Virus record (IMG/VR): IMGVR_UViG_3300032235_000244
Location: 1-46,672 of that record
Length of the DNA: 46,672 nucleotides
Direction: 5' to 3' (one strand)
Source of the DNA: a virus
Taxonomy: Duplodnaviria; Caudoviricetes
In this document: positions 20,881 through 30,305 of the stretch, one piece after another
Layout: every line of letters starts with the position of its first letter
Position numbering within the stretch: the first letter of the stretch is position 1
The notes under the pieces: model-generated
The model's input: only the letters and a program-made list of their open reading frames with translations
The model's database searches: none
Told to the model about the DNA's origin: nothing
Position numbers and translations under genes: made by a program

Positions 20881-23800
20881 ATGGCATACTTTCCAACTTC
20901 ACCAACTGATGGACAAAGCGTAACAGTAGGTAACGTACTGTACAGCTACAATGCTGGAAAAGGCGTTTGGAAGCGTTCAGTAGTTCCTCTTGGAAACTTA
21001 ACTGTTACTGGTAATGTAAATGCTAGCAGCTACTACATCACCACTGGGGTGTTTTGGTCTGGAAACGGGCAAGCATTTGCTGGCTCGTTAGACAGTGGTA
21101 TTGATGCCAATATTGGCACATTACACCTAGGTAACATTGCCACTAACGCCAATCTAGGTACATTATTCCTTGGAAATGCAAGCACACAAGCAAACATTGG
21201 TGCTTTTTATGGCTACGCTAATGCCAACATTGGAACACTGTTCCTAGGCAATTCTAGCGTCAACTCCAATTTGGGTGCGTTTCAAAACTACGCTAATGCC
21301 AACATTGGTACGCTGTTTTTAGGTAATGCTAGTACAAATGCAAATTTAGGCGCATTTCAAACATTCAGTAATGCCAATGCTGCTACACAAGCAACCGCAA
21401 TTAACACAATTAATGCCAATCTTGGCGCATATCAACTTTACGCCAATGCAAACATTGGCACACTATTCCTTGGTAATGCTAGTACAAATGCAAATTTAGG
21501 CACACTATTCTTAGGCAACGCAAGTACACAAGCAAACTTAGGTGCGTTCCAGACATTTAGCAATGCCAATGCTGCTACACAAGCAACCGCAATTAACACA
21601 ATCAATGCCAATCTTGGTGCGTATCAATTATATGCTAATGCCAATATTGGAACACTATTCTTAGGTAATGCAAGTACACAAGCGAACTTGGGTACGCTAT
21701 TCTTAGGTAATGCTGCTACTCAAGCCAATATAGGTACATTGTTTTTAGGCAATGCTAGTACACAGGCAAATATTGGAACACTATTCTTAGGCAATGCTAG
21801 TACACAGGCAAATATTGGAACACTATTCTTAGGTAATGCTAGTACACAGGCAAATATTGGAACACTATTCTTAGGTAATGCTAGTACACAGGCAAATATT
21901 GGAACACTATTCTTAGGCAATGCTAGTACACAGGCAAACATTGGCACTATCTTTTTAGGTAATGCAAGCACACAAGCAAACATTGGAACACTATTTTTAG
22001 GTAATGCTGATACACAAGCGAACTTAGGTGCGTTCCAAAGTTACGCCAATGCAAACATAGGAACCATTAGAACAAATCTAAACACCCTTGATGCCAATGT
22101 AGGCGCATTTGAACTTTATGCCAACACAATAATTGGACCAAATAATACCAGTAACTTAGTTGTCAATGCCACTACTGAAAGTGTGAGTGCTATAACTGGT
22201 GCTTTAGTAGTTAAAGGTGGTGCTGGTATTGGCGGTAACTTGTATGTTGCTGGTAATATATATGCGTCAAATTTAACAGCAATCAGTGTCAGTACATTAT
22301 CAGTTCAAGATCCTTTATTGTATCTAACTGCCAGTAATCCGTATCCTTATAATTATGACATAGGCGTTTTTAGCCATTACTCGATAGTACCTGGGTTTGA
22401 ACGACACACTGGTCTAGCACGTGATTACACCACTAACGTTTGGGGATTCTTTAGTAATCTCAGCGCGAACCCAGGCGCCACTGTCAATTGGGCAGAAGCT
22501 AATTTAATTTATGATACTGTTAAACTTGGTGATCTAATAGTATCAAATACCACACAAAGCACAAGTACCAGCTCTGGCGCATTAAGAGTCGCAGGAGGCG
22601 CAGGCATCGCTGGCGAATTATACATTGCCAACACTGGCGATGTAAGCGCAAACATTGGACTACTACATAACGCAAATATAGCAATCAATGCTAATTTAGG
22701 CGCATACCAATTGTATGCTAATGCCAATGTTGGTTCTATATACAACAATCTAAATACACTAGATGCCAATATTGGTATATTGTTCCTAGGTAACGCCAGC
22801 ACACAAGCAAACTTGGGTGCATTTCAAACTTACAATAATTCTAGCATTGCAACATTAGATGCCAATATTGGCACACTATTTTTAGGTAATGCCAGTACAC
22901 AAGCTAATCTTGGAGCATTTTATGCTTATGCTAATACCAAGATTGGCAATAATTCCAACGGTAATTTAGTAATAGCAGCAACCGCAGAATCAACATCCAA
23001 TGTGACTGGTGCTCTAGTTGTTGCAGGCGGTGTTGGTGTTAGCGGTAATTTATTTGCAAACACATTATACACTACCACTGGCATTCGATGGGCCGGTAAT
23101 GGCGCAGTCTTTAGCAGTGGTGGCGGTGGTGGATCAACACCAGGCGGCAGTGATACACAAGTACAATTTAATGATGGTGGGTCAGCACTTGGCGGCGACA
23201 GCACTTTCTCGTTTAACAAAACAAGCAAAATATTAAGCGTACAGCAAATATCCGTTACTAATTCGTCAGGTGACGAAGGTGGCGAAATTTTATTGGCAAA
23301 AGCCACAACCAATACAACATTGGTTGGTACTGGCGTAACTGTTGACATTTATCAAAATCGAATACGATTCTTTGAACAGGGTGGTAGTGCTCGAGGATAT
23401 TATTTAGATATCAGTTCAGGCGGCGGTGGTGCTAGCACAAACATCATGTCCGGTGGTGGTGGTGGAACACCAGCTGGTGCCACAGGTGCTGTACAGTTTA
23501 ACAATGGTGGTGCACTTGGTGCTACTAGCCTAGTTTACGATTCAGCCAGTGGTAATATTTTACTAACAGACACCACAGAAAGCGTCAGTAACGTAACTGG
23601 TGCTATGGTTATACAAGGTGGACTGGGTGTTGCTGGCAATGTGTATGCTAACACAATATACACCACTACTGGTATTCGTTGGGCAGGTAACGGCGTAGCA
23701 TTTAGTAGTGGTGGTGGCTCAAGCACACCAGGCGGCAGCGATACACAAATACAATATAACAGTGGCGGCACAACATTTGCTGGTAGTTCTGGATTTACAT

Positions 23801-25254
23801 TTAATAGCACAAATGGTAATGTTACTGTTACAAGTAACATAATAGCCGGCAATGCCAGAATCTCTAACAATGTATTTGCAGATACCATATACACCACTAC
23901 TGGCATTCGTTGGGCAGGTAACGGCGTAGCATTTAGTAGTGGTGGTGGATCAACACCAGGTGGTAGCGACACACAAGTACAGTTTAATGATGGCGGGTCA
24001 GCACTGGGTGGTAGTTCTGGATTTACATTTAATAGCACAAATGGTAATGTTACTATTACAAGTAACGTAGTGGCTGGTAATGCTAGAATCTCTAGCAATG
24101 TATTTGCAAATAAACTGTTCACTACTACAGGTTTATTTTGGGCAGGTAACGGCGCAGTATTTAGCACTGGTGGTGGTGGAGGTGGGGGTGGACTCACATA
24201 CACTTCTGATAGTAACTCTCCAGGATCTCCAGCATTAGGTGATCAATGGTATGATACCGACACTGATATTTTGTATGAGTACATTGAAGATGGGGTCAGC
24301 AGCTATTGGGTTGATATGCAGTCCCCAATTTTTAGCAGCGGAATAACAAGCAGTGTTGTTGGTAACGTAAGCATAACTGGTCCTACATCCAGTATTGGAC
24401 ATTTAACAGTTGCTCGAACTATAACTGCATCTGGCAACATAATAACTCTCGCAAACATTAGTGTTTCTAGGAGTGCTAATATACTGGGTAATTTAACTGT
24501 TGGTGGTAATGTAGCATTCAGTAGAGATGCTAGCATAGCAGCCAATTTGACTGTTACAGGTAATATTGCCAGCGGAAATATAACTACTGCTAACATTACC
24601 GCAACTGGTAACATAACTACCGTTGGTAGCATATCTGGTACTACACTATCAACTGCAAACATCGCAGTGACCAGTAATGTTACTGCTGGCAACATTTCTG
24701 TTGTTGATATCAGTTCAAGTGGCAACATTACTTCTGCCAATATTACTACCAATCAATTGACAGTAACCAGTAACGTCACTTCCCCTGAGATATCATCAAG
24801 TGGTAATATAACTGCAGGTAATTTAATAGCCAGCGGCAATGTTTCATTTACAGGTGCAAATGTATATCTTGGCAATGTTGCCAATCTCAGCATTGCTGGT
24901 GGAACATCAGGGCAAGTTTTACAAACCAACGGTGCAGGAGAGTTAACTTGGGAAACGCCACCTGCAACAAATATTCAAGAATTTACAGCAACCGCAAGCC
25001 AATCAACATTCACAGTGATAGGTACATATACTGTTGGTTCTGTACTAGTATTTGTTAACGGTATTCAACTGAACAGCGTTGACTACACTGCCACATCAGG
25101 AACCACAGTGGTACTGGCAGAACCAAGAAATGTTGGGGATACTGTTCGAATTGTTGCCAATTACGGTGCAGTATCTTTGGTTTCAGGACTTACTCTTAAT
25201 GTTAATAATCTACAAAGTTTCTCCGTTGCAATGAGTGTTGCATTGGGTATGTAA
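20881..25254 (+). CDS. Long fibre protein (1457 aa) ending in the hydrophobic tail FSVAMSVALGM
   Basis: Shared N-terminal motif; long ANIGTLFLGNASTQ stalk; domain paralogous to the first gene; PGGSDTQxQ(F/Y)N repeats; FTATASQSTF..VFVNGIQL..DYTATSGTTVVL module. Confidence 0.85.
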   Translation: MAYFPTSPTDGQSVTVGNVLYSYNAGKGVWKRSVVPLGNLTVTGNVNASSYYITTGVFWSGNGQAFAGSLDSGIDANIGTLHLGNIATNANLGTLFLGNASTQANIGAFYGYANANIGTLFLGNSSVNSNLGAFQNYANANIGTLFLGNASTNANLGAFQTFSNANAATQATAINTINANLGAYQLYANANIGTLFLGNASTNANLGTLFLGNASTQANLGAFQTFSNANAATQATAINTINANLGAYQLYANANIGTLFLGNASTQANLGTLFLGNAATQANIGTLFLGNASTQANIGTLFLGNASTQANIGTLFLGNASTQANIGTLFLGNASTQANIGTLFLGNASTQANIGTIFLGNASTQANIGTLFLGNADTQANLGAFQSYANANIGTIRTNLNTLDANVGAFELYANTIIGPNNTSNLVVNATTESVSAITGALVVKGGAGIGGNLYVAGNIYASNLTAISVSTLSVQDPLLYLTASNPYPYNYDIGVFSHYSIVPGFERHTGLARDYTTNVWGFFSNLSANPGATVNWAEANLIYDTVKLGDLIVSNTTQSTSTSSGALRVAGGAGIAGELYIANTGDVSANIGLLHNANIAINANLGAYQLYANANVGSIYNNLNTLDANIGILFLGNASTQANLGAFQTYNNSSIATLDANIGTLFLGNASTQANLGAFYAYANTKIGNNSNGNLVIAATAESTSNVTGALVVAGGVGVSGNLFANTLYTTTGIRWAGNGAVFSSGGGGGSTPGGSDTQVQFNDGGSALGGDSTFSFNKTSKILSVQQISVTNSSGDEGGEILLAKATTNTTLVGTGVTVDIYQNRIRFFEQGGSARGYYLDISSGGGGASTNIMSGGGGGTPAGATGAVQFNNGGALGATSLVYDSASGNILLTDTTESVSNVTGAMVIQGGLGVAGNVYANTIYTTTGIRWAGNGVAFSSGGGSSTPGGSDTQIQYNSGGTTFAGSSGFTFNSTNGNVTVTSNIIAGNARISNNVFADTIYTTTGIRWAGNGVAFSSGGGSTPGGSDTQVQFNDGGSALGGSSGFTFNSTNGNVTITSNVVAGNARISSNVFANKLFTTTGLFWAGNGAVFSTGGGGGGGGLTYTSDSNSPGSPALGDQWYDTDTDILYEYIEDGVSSYWVDMQSPIFSSGITSSVVGNVSITGPTSSIGHLTVARTITASGNIITLANISVSRSANILGNLTVGGNVAFSRDASIAANLTVTGNIASGNITTANITATGNITTVGSISGTTLSTANIAVTSNVTAGNISVVDISSSGNITSANITTNQLTVTSNVTSPEISSSGNITAGNLIASGNVSFTGANVYLGNVANLSIAGGTSGQVLQTNGAGELTWETPPATNIQEFTATASQSTFTVIGTYTVGSVLVFVNGIQLNSVDYTATSGTTVVLAEPRNVGDTVRIVANYGAVSLVSGLTLNVNNLQSFSVAMSVALGM
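21640..22025 (+). repeat. 42-bp coding tandem repeat (ANIGTLFLGNASTQ), with near-perfect copies at about 21745-21945
   Basis: gg(c/t)aatgctagtacacaggcaaatattggaacactattctta is repeated head-to-tail with no spacers. Confidence 0.9.
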
Positions 25255-25282
25255 CGTGATAAGTATCAAATAAGGAATAAAA

Positions 25283-28177
25283 ATGGGAAAAAAATTAGAA
25301 ACGCAATATGTCTTCACACCAGGTCCTGCTAACGTAGGCACCATTGTGATTCCAGGTAGAATAGCATTAGAAGAGCTAATGGTAATTACCAATACAACTA
25401 AAAACATCATTATCTACAATTTTGCAGATTCAGCAAATGCAGGAACTACAGTTGTGTTCACTGCAGGTAATACCACAGCTTTTCCAACACTCACACAACG
25501 TGAAGATGGTTATACCACAATTACACTGGCCTACAACACAAGCTCACACAGTGCCAGCGACAAACTACAAATATTGCGTGAAGAAGCATATGATGGTGTA
25601 ACAATTCGTCCATGGGACTTTGGCACTGACGCAATTGAACGTATGCGTGTATCAACTCCGCAGTCCATGATTGACGCGGACTTTGAATACGGACTACAAC
25701 CTACCAAATGGGCTGGTTATGGATTAATGCGTGGCTATCCTTCAGTTTACGAATTCCCAGGTGTTGACTTGACAGTTTCAGCAATTACTACAGACTTTAC
25801 TACTACCAGTACAACCTTTAGTTTAATTACCATTACTACTTCTGCTGTACACGGTATCACAGCTGGACAAGCAATTAACATAACAGGACTAAGTTCAGCT
25901 ATTGCTGGATTTAGTCGAGCAGATGGTAACTTTATAGTTTTTGATGCTCCAACTACATCAACTTTACGTTATTTCGCCAATGGTGTAGTTGGTACTGCTA
26001 ATGGGCAAAGTTTACTAACTGATTTTACAATTCTAAAAAGAGGCAATGTTTATTCAGGCGCAGCACTGGCAGCAACCACTGCCAGTGGTAACGGCGCTAA
26101 CCCCACAGTTATTACTGTCAACTTTAGTTCAAATCACGGCCTAATACCTAACGGTCCCATATACTGCAGTATGGCAGGTGGAACCAATCCCACTTCTGCA
26201 ACGGGACAATTTATTATAGCCAGTGTACCAAGTTTAACTTCCATAACCTTTGTAGCAAGAGCAGGTGCTGTTGTTTCACCAGGCACTCCTACAATATTTG
26301 CACTGTCTAACAGTTCTATTGTACATAGACCATTTGATGGCGGCGTTTTAATAAACTGTAAAACTCCAACGTTTGGTGCAGGTACAATTCGTGTAAGTAA
26401 AAAATATTTTCGTTATCAATCTGGTAAAGGACTATTGTGGACCACTGGTACATTATTCAAACCCAGTTATGATATACAAACATTAACTGCAAGTGGAACC
26501 ACAGCAGGATCTACTGTTACTTGCAAAGTAGATGATGTTGATCATGGATTACAAATTGGCGCAGTAATTACTCTAAGCGGTGTACTAACATCTGGATACA
26601 ATGGAACTTATACAGTTAACGGAATCACTGATGACTATACATTCACTTTTCTGTCAACTACTACATTAGGCAGTACTACTGCTGAGATGGACATTGCTGC
26701 CAGAGTAGCTGTTACCAGTTGGCACGGTGCTGTTGTTCGAGCAGGCTGCTTTGATGATCAAAACGGTATGTTCTGGGAGTATTCAGGTTCAGTGCTCAGT
26801 GTAGTTCGTCGCAATGCAACACAGCAGTTAACCGGAACAGTGTCAATAAATTCCAATTCTAATTCAGTAACTGGCTCTAACTCTCGATTCGCTCAGCAGG
26901 TTAGAGCAGGAGATAAAATTGTTATTCGAGGCATGACACACTATGTAACACAAGTGTCTAGTAATACTGCTATGACAGTTACCCCAGATTATCGCGGAGC
27001 AAGTAATGCAGTAGGTGTAAAAGCCAGCTTGGTTCAAGAAACACGTATTCCTCAAAGTGAATTCAATCTTGATAGAATAGATGGCACAGGACCAAGTGGA
27101 TTTAACTTTGATGCCGGCAAGATGCAGATGATGGGATTACAATACACATGGTACGGTGCTGGATTTATTGACTTTATGGTTCGAGGCTCAGACGGTAACT
27201 GGGTCTATACTCATCGTATTAAAAACAATAACATCAACACAGAAGCACACATGCGTACTGGTAACTTGCCAGTACGATACAGCATTGACAATGACGGCAG
27301 CCCAGCAACTACTTACTTAACAGCAGATCCTGGTTCAGGCGGCACAACTTTAGACGTTAATGATACTACCTATTTTCCCACAGCAGGTGTGCTATATATT
27401 GACAATGAATTAATTAGCTATTCAGGCAAGACTCAAACTTCATTTACCGGATGTACAAGAGCAGCAACTTTAACACAGTTTGTATCAGGAGCTTCTCGTA
27501 GTGCTACGGCTGGAACTGCAGCAGCACATTCGGCAGGCACAGGAATACTGCTAGTCAGTAATACATGTAGTCCAACTTTGAGTCATTGGGGTAGTGCATT
27601 AATTTGCGACGGAGAATTTGACCAAGACCGTGGATACATTTTTAACTATCAAAGAACTGCGATTGCGATTTCAACTACCACTACTACTATGTTCTTGATT
27701 CGTCTGGCACCCAGTGTTAGTAACTCCGCAGTTGGCGACCTAGGTGCAAAAGACTTATTGAATCGAAGCCAATTACTACTAAACTCTGTGGCTGTACAAA
27801 CATATAATGGAGCAAGTACTCCAGGTTCGGTAGTTATTGAAGGAATATTGAATCCCAAGAACTTTAGTAGTGCAACATGGAGCTCGTTGAACTTGGAAAG
27901 CCAAGGTGGACAACCAAGTCTAGCGCAAGTGGCAACATCAGTTACATATACGTCAGGATCGTTTGCTATTCCAGGCGAACAGGTTTTTGCGTTCTCTACA
28001 ACACCTAACAGTGATGGTAGATTGGAACTAACAGAACTAAAAGAATTAACCAACAGTCCATTTGGCGGTATTGGTGCGTATCCAAATGGCCCTGACATTT
28101 TGGCAATTAACGTGCGTATTGTTTCTGGTACTGCCACAGCAACCACACTGCTGCGTTGGGGCGAAGCACAAGCGTAA
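25283..28177 (+). CDS. Large virion structural protein, beta-rich
   Basis: IDADFEYGLQPTKW, YFRYQSGKG and QYTWYGAG motifs are recalled from structural proteins of large T4-like aquatic phages. AAGGA RBS and a TAAGTA variant at 25260-25265. Exact role is unknown. Confidence 0.65.
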   Translation: MGKKLETQYVFTPGPANVGTIVIPGRIALEELMVITNTTKNIIIYNFADSANAGTTVVFTAGNTTAFPTLTQREDGYTTITLAYNTSSHSASDKLQILREEAYDGVTIRPWDFGTDAIERMRVSTPQSMIDADFEYGLQPTKWAGYGLMRGYPSVYEFPGVDLTVSAITTDFTTTSTTFSLITITTSAVHGITAGQAINITGLSSAIAGFSRADGNFIVFDAPTTSTLRYFANGVVGTANGQSLLTDFTILKRGNVYSGAALAATTASGNGANPTVITVNFSSNHGLIPNGPIYCSMAGGTNPTSATGQFIIASVPSLTSITFVARAGAVVSPGTPTIFALSNSSIVHRPFDGGVLINCKTPTFGAGTIRVSKKYFRYQSGKGLLWTTGTLFKPSYDIQTLTASGTTAGSTVTCKVDDVDHGLQIGAVITLSGVLTSGYNGTYTVNGITDDYTFTFLSTTTLGSTTAEMDIAARVAVTSWHGAVVRAGCFDDQNGMFWEYSGSVLSVVRRNATQQLTGTVSINSNSNSVTGSNSRFAQQVRAGDKIVIRGMTHYVTQVSSNTAMTVTPDYRGASNAVGVKASLVQETRIPQSEFNLDRIDGTGPSGFNFDAGKMQMMGLQYTWYGAGFIDFMVRGSDGNWVYTHRIKNNNINTEAHMRTGNLPVRYSIDNDGSPATTYLTADPGSGGTTLDVNDTTYFPTAGVLYIDNELISYSGKTQTSFTGCTRAATLTQFVSGASRSATAGTAAAHSAGTGILLVSNTCSPTLSHWGSALICDGEFDQDRGYIFNYQRTAIAISTTTTTMFLIRLAPSVSNSAVGDLGAKDLLNRSQLLLNSVAVQTYNGASTPGSVVIEGILNPKNFSSATWSSLNLESQGGQPSLAQVATSVTYTSGSFAIPGEQVFAFSTTPNSDGRLELTELKELTNSPFGGIGAYPNGPDILAINVRIVSGTATATTLLRWGEAQA

Positions 28178-28193
28178 TGAACAAGGATAAACA

Positions 28194-28814
28194 ATGAGCA
28201 TAGCCAGTCAAATATCATTTGGTAATTATACCGCATCAACAGCGCAGACTGTGACTGCCAATGCTCAACCTGCAATTAATTCAACAGGTATTTTATCAAG
28301 TGTGGATGTTACAGCAAATATAACTAGCGGAAACTTATCAACTGGTAATGTTCAAATTACTGGTAATGTAGTTTCTACCGGCAATTTAACATTAGCTGGT
28401 ACCTTGACTGGTGGTGCTATTAGATACATGTTTGAAAACGCTAATATAATAGCAGCCAGTCCTCCGGTAACGACTGATATTAATGTGATATCAGGTGCAA
28501 TACAATATTGGACTGGTAATGTTGCATCAAACGTTGTGGCAAATATTCGAGGCGATGCTAATACACCTTTAAATAGTTTATTGGGTGTGGGACAGAGTTC
28601 AACCATAGCATTTATGCTTCCACAGGCTACAGCATACTTTGTAAATTTTGTTAAAGTAGACAATGCAAATGTAACTCCCGTTTGGCAAGGCGGAGCTAAT
28701 GCAGCTGTCGGTAATGCTAATTCTATTGATTTGTATACCTTTACAGTGATAAAAACTGCCAACGCAACCTTTAGGGTATTTGCCAGCCAAACAAGATATC
28801 AACATACAGGATAA
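28194..28814 (+). CDS. Short adaptor with QHTG-type end domain but no FPxxPxxG N-terminal motif
   Basis: FENANII...RGDANTPLN...SIDLYTFTVIK...FRVFASQTRYQHTG; AAGGA RBS. Confidence 0.8.
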   Translation: MSIASQISFGNYTASTAQTVTANAQPAINSTGILSSVDVTANITSGNLSTGNVQITGNVVSTGNLTLAGTLTGGAIRYMFENANIIAASPPVTTDINVISGAIQYWTGNVASNVVANIRGDANTPLNSLLGVGQSSTIAFMLPQATAYFVNFVKVDNANVTPVWQGGANAAVGNANSIDLYTFTVIKTANATFRVFASQTRYQHTG

Positions 28815-28817
28815 CCT

Positions 28818-29450
28818 ATGCCATTTTTAGGATTTGCTGGGTCCGGGTCGTCAAGAGGTTTTGGTAAAAACATATCAGCTCCGGGTCTAAATTGGATAAC
28901 TGGTGCAGGCGCTATAGGCGCTGATTATACTGGTAGAGTTAGTTCTTTTACAGTGGCCGCAGTGGGCGCAACTACATATACTTTAATAAGTGGAGCATTA
29001 GCCACTGGACACTCTTTAAATTCTTCAACGGGTGTTATCAGTGGAACAGCCAGTGGACCGGCGCAGTATGTAACTAACACATATAATTTTACCATAAGAG
29101 CAACAGATGGCGTAGGCGTGTCTGACCGAGCTTTTAGCTATACTATTACAAATAGATTTGTTGGATTTGTATGCGGCACTGCAGGTGAAGACGGAACAAT
29201 TACTATTACTGTACCAACTACCCCAGCTGGTATGAGATTTATTAGACGTGATTTTAGCAGCTACGGTACGCCAAATGGCACTTGCGGAGCATTTACCATT
29301 GGTGGGTGTAACTCTGCAAGCTCAAACAGTTCAAACTTTGCGTTGAATCAAACTACAGCGTCAGTGGTTGCAAATAACGCAAACTTTGGTGATCCCTGTT
29401 ACGGTACAGCCAAACGTATGTATGTGCAATGGACTTATGGTCCTTTCTAA
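28818..29450 (+). CDS. Tip protein: docking-type peptide + Ig-like domain + SUEL/galactose-rhamnose-binding lectin-like domain
   Basis: MPFLGFAGSGSSRGFG start; SLNSSTGVISGT Ig motif; FSSYGTPNGTCGAF..GGC...NANFGDPCYGTAKRMYV lectin signature. Confidence 0.75.
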   Translation: MPFLGFAGSGSSRGFGKNISAPGLNWITGAGAIGADYTGRVSSFTVAAVGATTYTLISGALATGHSLNSSTGVISGTASGPAQYVTNTYNFTIRATDGVGVSDRAFSYTITNRFVGFVCGTAGEDGTITITVPTTPAGMRFIRRDFSSYGTPNGTCGAFTIGGCNSASSNSSNFALNQTTASVVANNANFGDPCYGTAKRMYVQWTYGPF

Positions 29451-29461
29451 TAGGAGATATA

Positions 29462-29674
29462 ATGGATTTAATGTCAAAATTTTTTTTAAGTGAAGAACGT
29501 CAACAACAGCGTATGGCTATCTGCGACGCTTGCGAGCATAAAATTCAGCTGACAAATATGTGCGGAAAATGTGGGTGTTATTTGCCCTGGAAAGTAAATT
29601 TAGCCCCGGCAACTTGCCCAGATCTGCGCTGGTTAAGTGTGGCCCTTGAAGATCAAGGCAGTGCAGAATCCTGA
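29462..29674 (+). CDS. Small Cys-rich putative metal-binding protein (CxxC...CxxCGC...CP...W; DUF6171-like)
   Basis: Start reassigned to ATG 29462 after AGGAG (29452-29456). R..ICDACEH...CGKCGCYL..K......CP...W. Confidence 0.7.
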   Translation: MDLMSKFFLSEERQQQRMAICDACEHKIQLTNMCGKCGCYLPWKVNLAPATCPDLRWLSVALEDQGSAES

Positions 29675-29702
29675 ATAAATACGTTGATTAAGGTATAATA
29701 TG
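29673..29702 (+). promoter_or_regulatory. Late promoter + RBS block, identical to 14945..14974
   Basis: Exact 30-bp duplicate containing TAAATA and AAGGT. Confidence 0.75.
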
Positions 29703-30302
29703 GCATTTCCAACAGCACCCATAGACGGCGAAACAACAGTAGTAAACGGTATTGCATACGTTTACAGCTCCGCAGCGAATGCGTGGTCACGTGCATTAAC
29801 TCCAGTTGGAAATTTAACAGTTACTGGCGACCTGATTGCCAACAAAGTCTTTACTACTACAGGATTATTTTGGTACAGTAATGGCTTTCCGATCAGTGGG
29901 GGAGGAGGTGGTGGTGTCACTATTACCACAGACAGTATTCCACCAGTAAGTCCCAGTGTAGGAGCTCAGTGGTATGATACTAGTTCAAACATATTATTTG
30001 AATATTTAGATGACGGCACTTCCCAGCAGTGGGTTGATATTACATCAGCGGCTATTTCCGCTAACACTAGAATCAATTTGACCAGCGGAGATCTTTCTGT
30101 ACTGGGAGACGCAAACCCGGCACTTAACAACACCTATGATTTAGGTAATGTGAGTTATAAATGGAGAGATGCTTACATCAACGGAGTAACTACCACAGGA
30201 AATATATCCACCACCAATGGGGTATTTTACAGTAACGGCGCACCTTACACAGCAGGCAGACAAGCAACATCTTACAGCATGAGCATGATATTTGGGATTT
30301 AA
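29700..30302 (+). CDS. Short fibre/adaptor ending in the hydrophobic tail SYSMSMIFGI
   Basis: MAFPTAPIDGE...YVY...WSR; GAQWYDT module; YDLG....KWRD.Y motif. Confidence 0.8.
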   Translation: MAFPTAPIDGETTVVNGIAYVYSSAANAWSRALTPVGNLTVTGDLIANKVFTTTGLFWYSNGFPISGGGGGGVTITTDSIPPVSPSVGAQWYDTSSNILFEYLDDGTSQQWVDITSAAISANTRINLTSGDLSVLGDANPALNNTYDLGNVSYKWRDAYINGVTTTGNISTTNGVFYSNGAPYTAGRQATSYSMSMIFGI

Positions 30303-30305
30303 AAT

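Noticed and set aside
21640-22025. 42-bp repeats as a CRISPR array
   Set aside because: They are head-to-tail with no unique spacers, in frame within a CDS, vary at third codon positions, and no cas genes are present.
3076-24752. Many Pro-rich or hydrophobic minus-strand ORFs (e.g. 3457-3897, 5026-5298, 17410-18216, 23535-24203)
   Set aside because: These are antisense shadows of Gly/Thr/Asn-rich + strand genes, with no recognisable domains.
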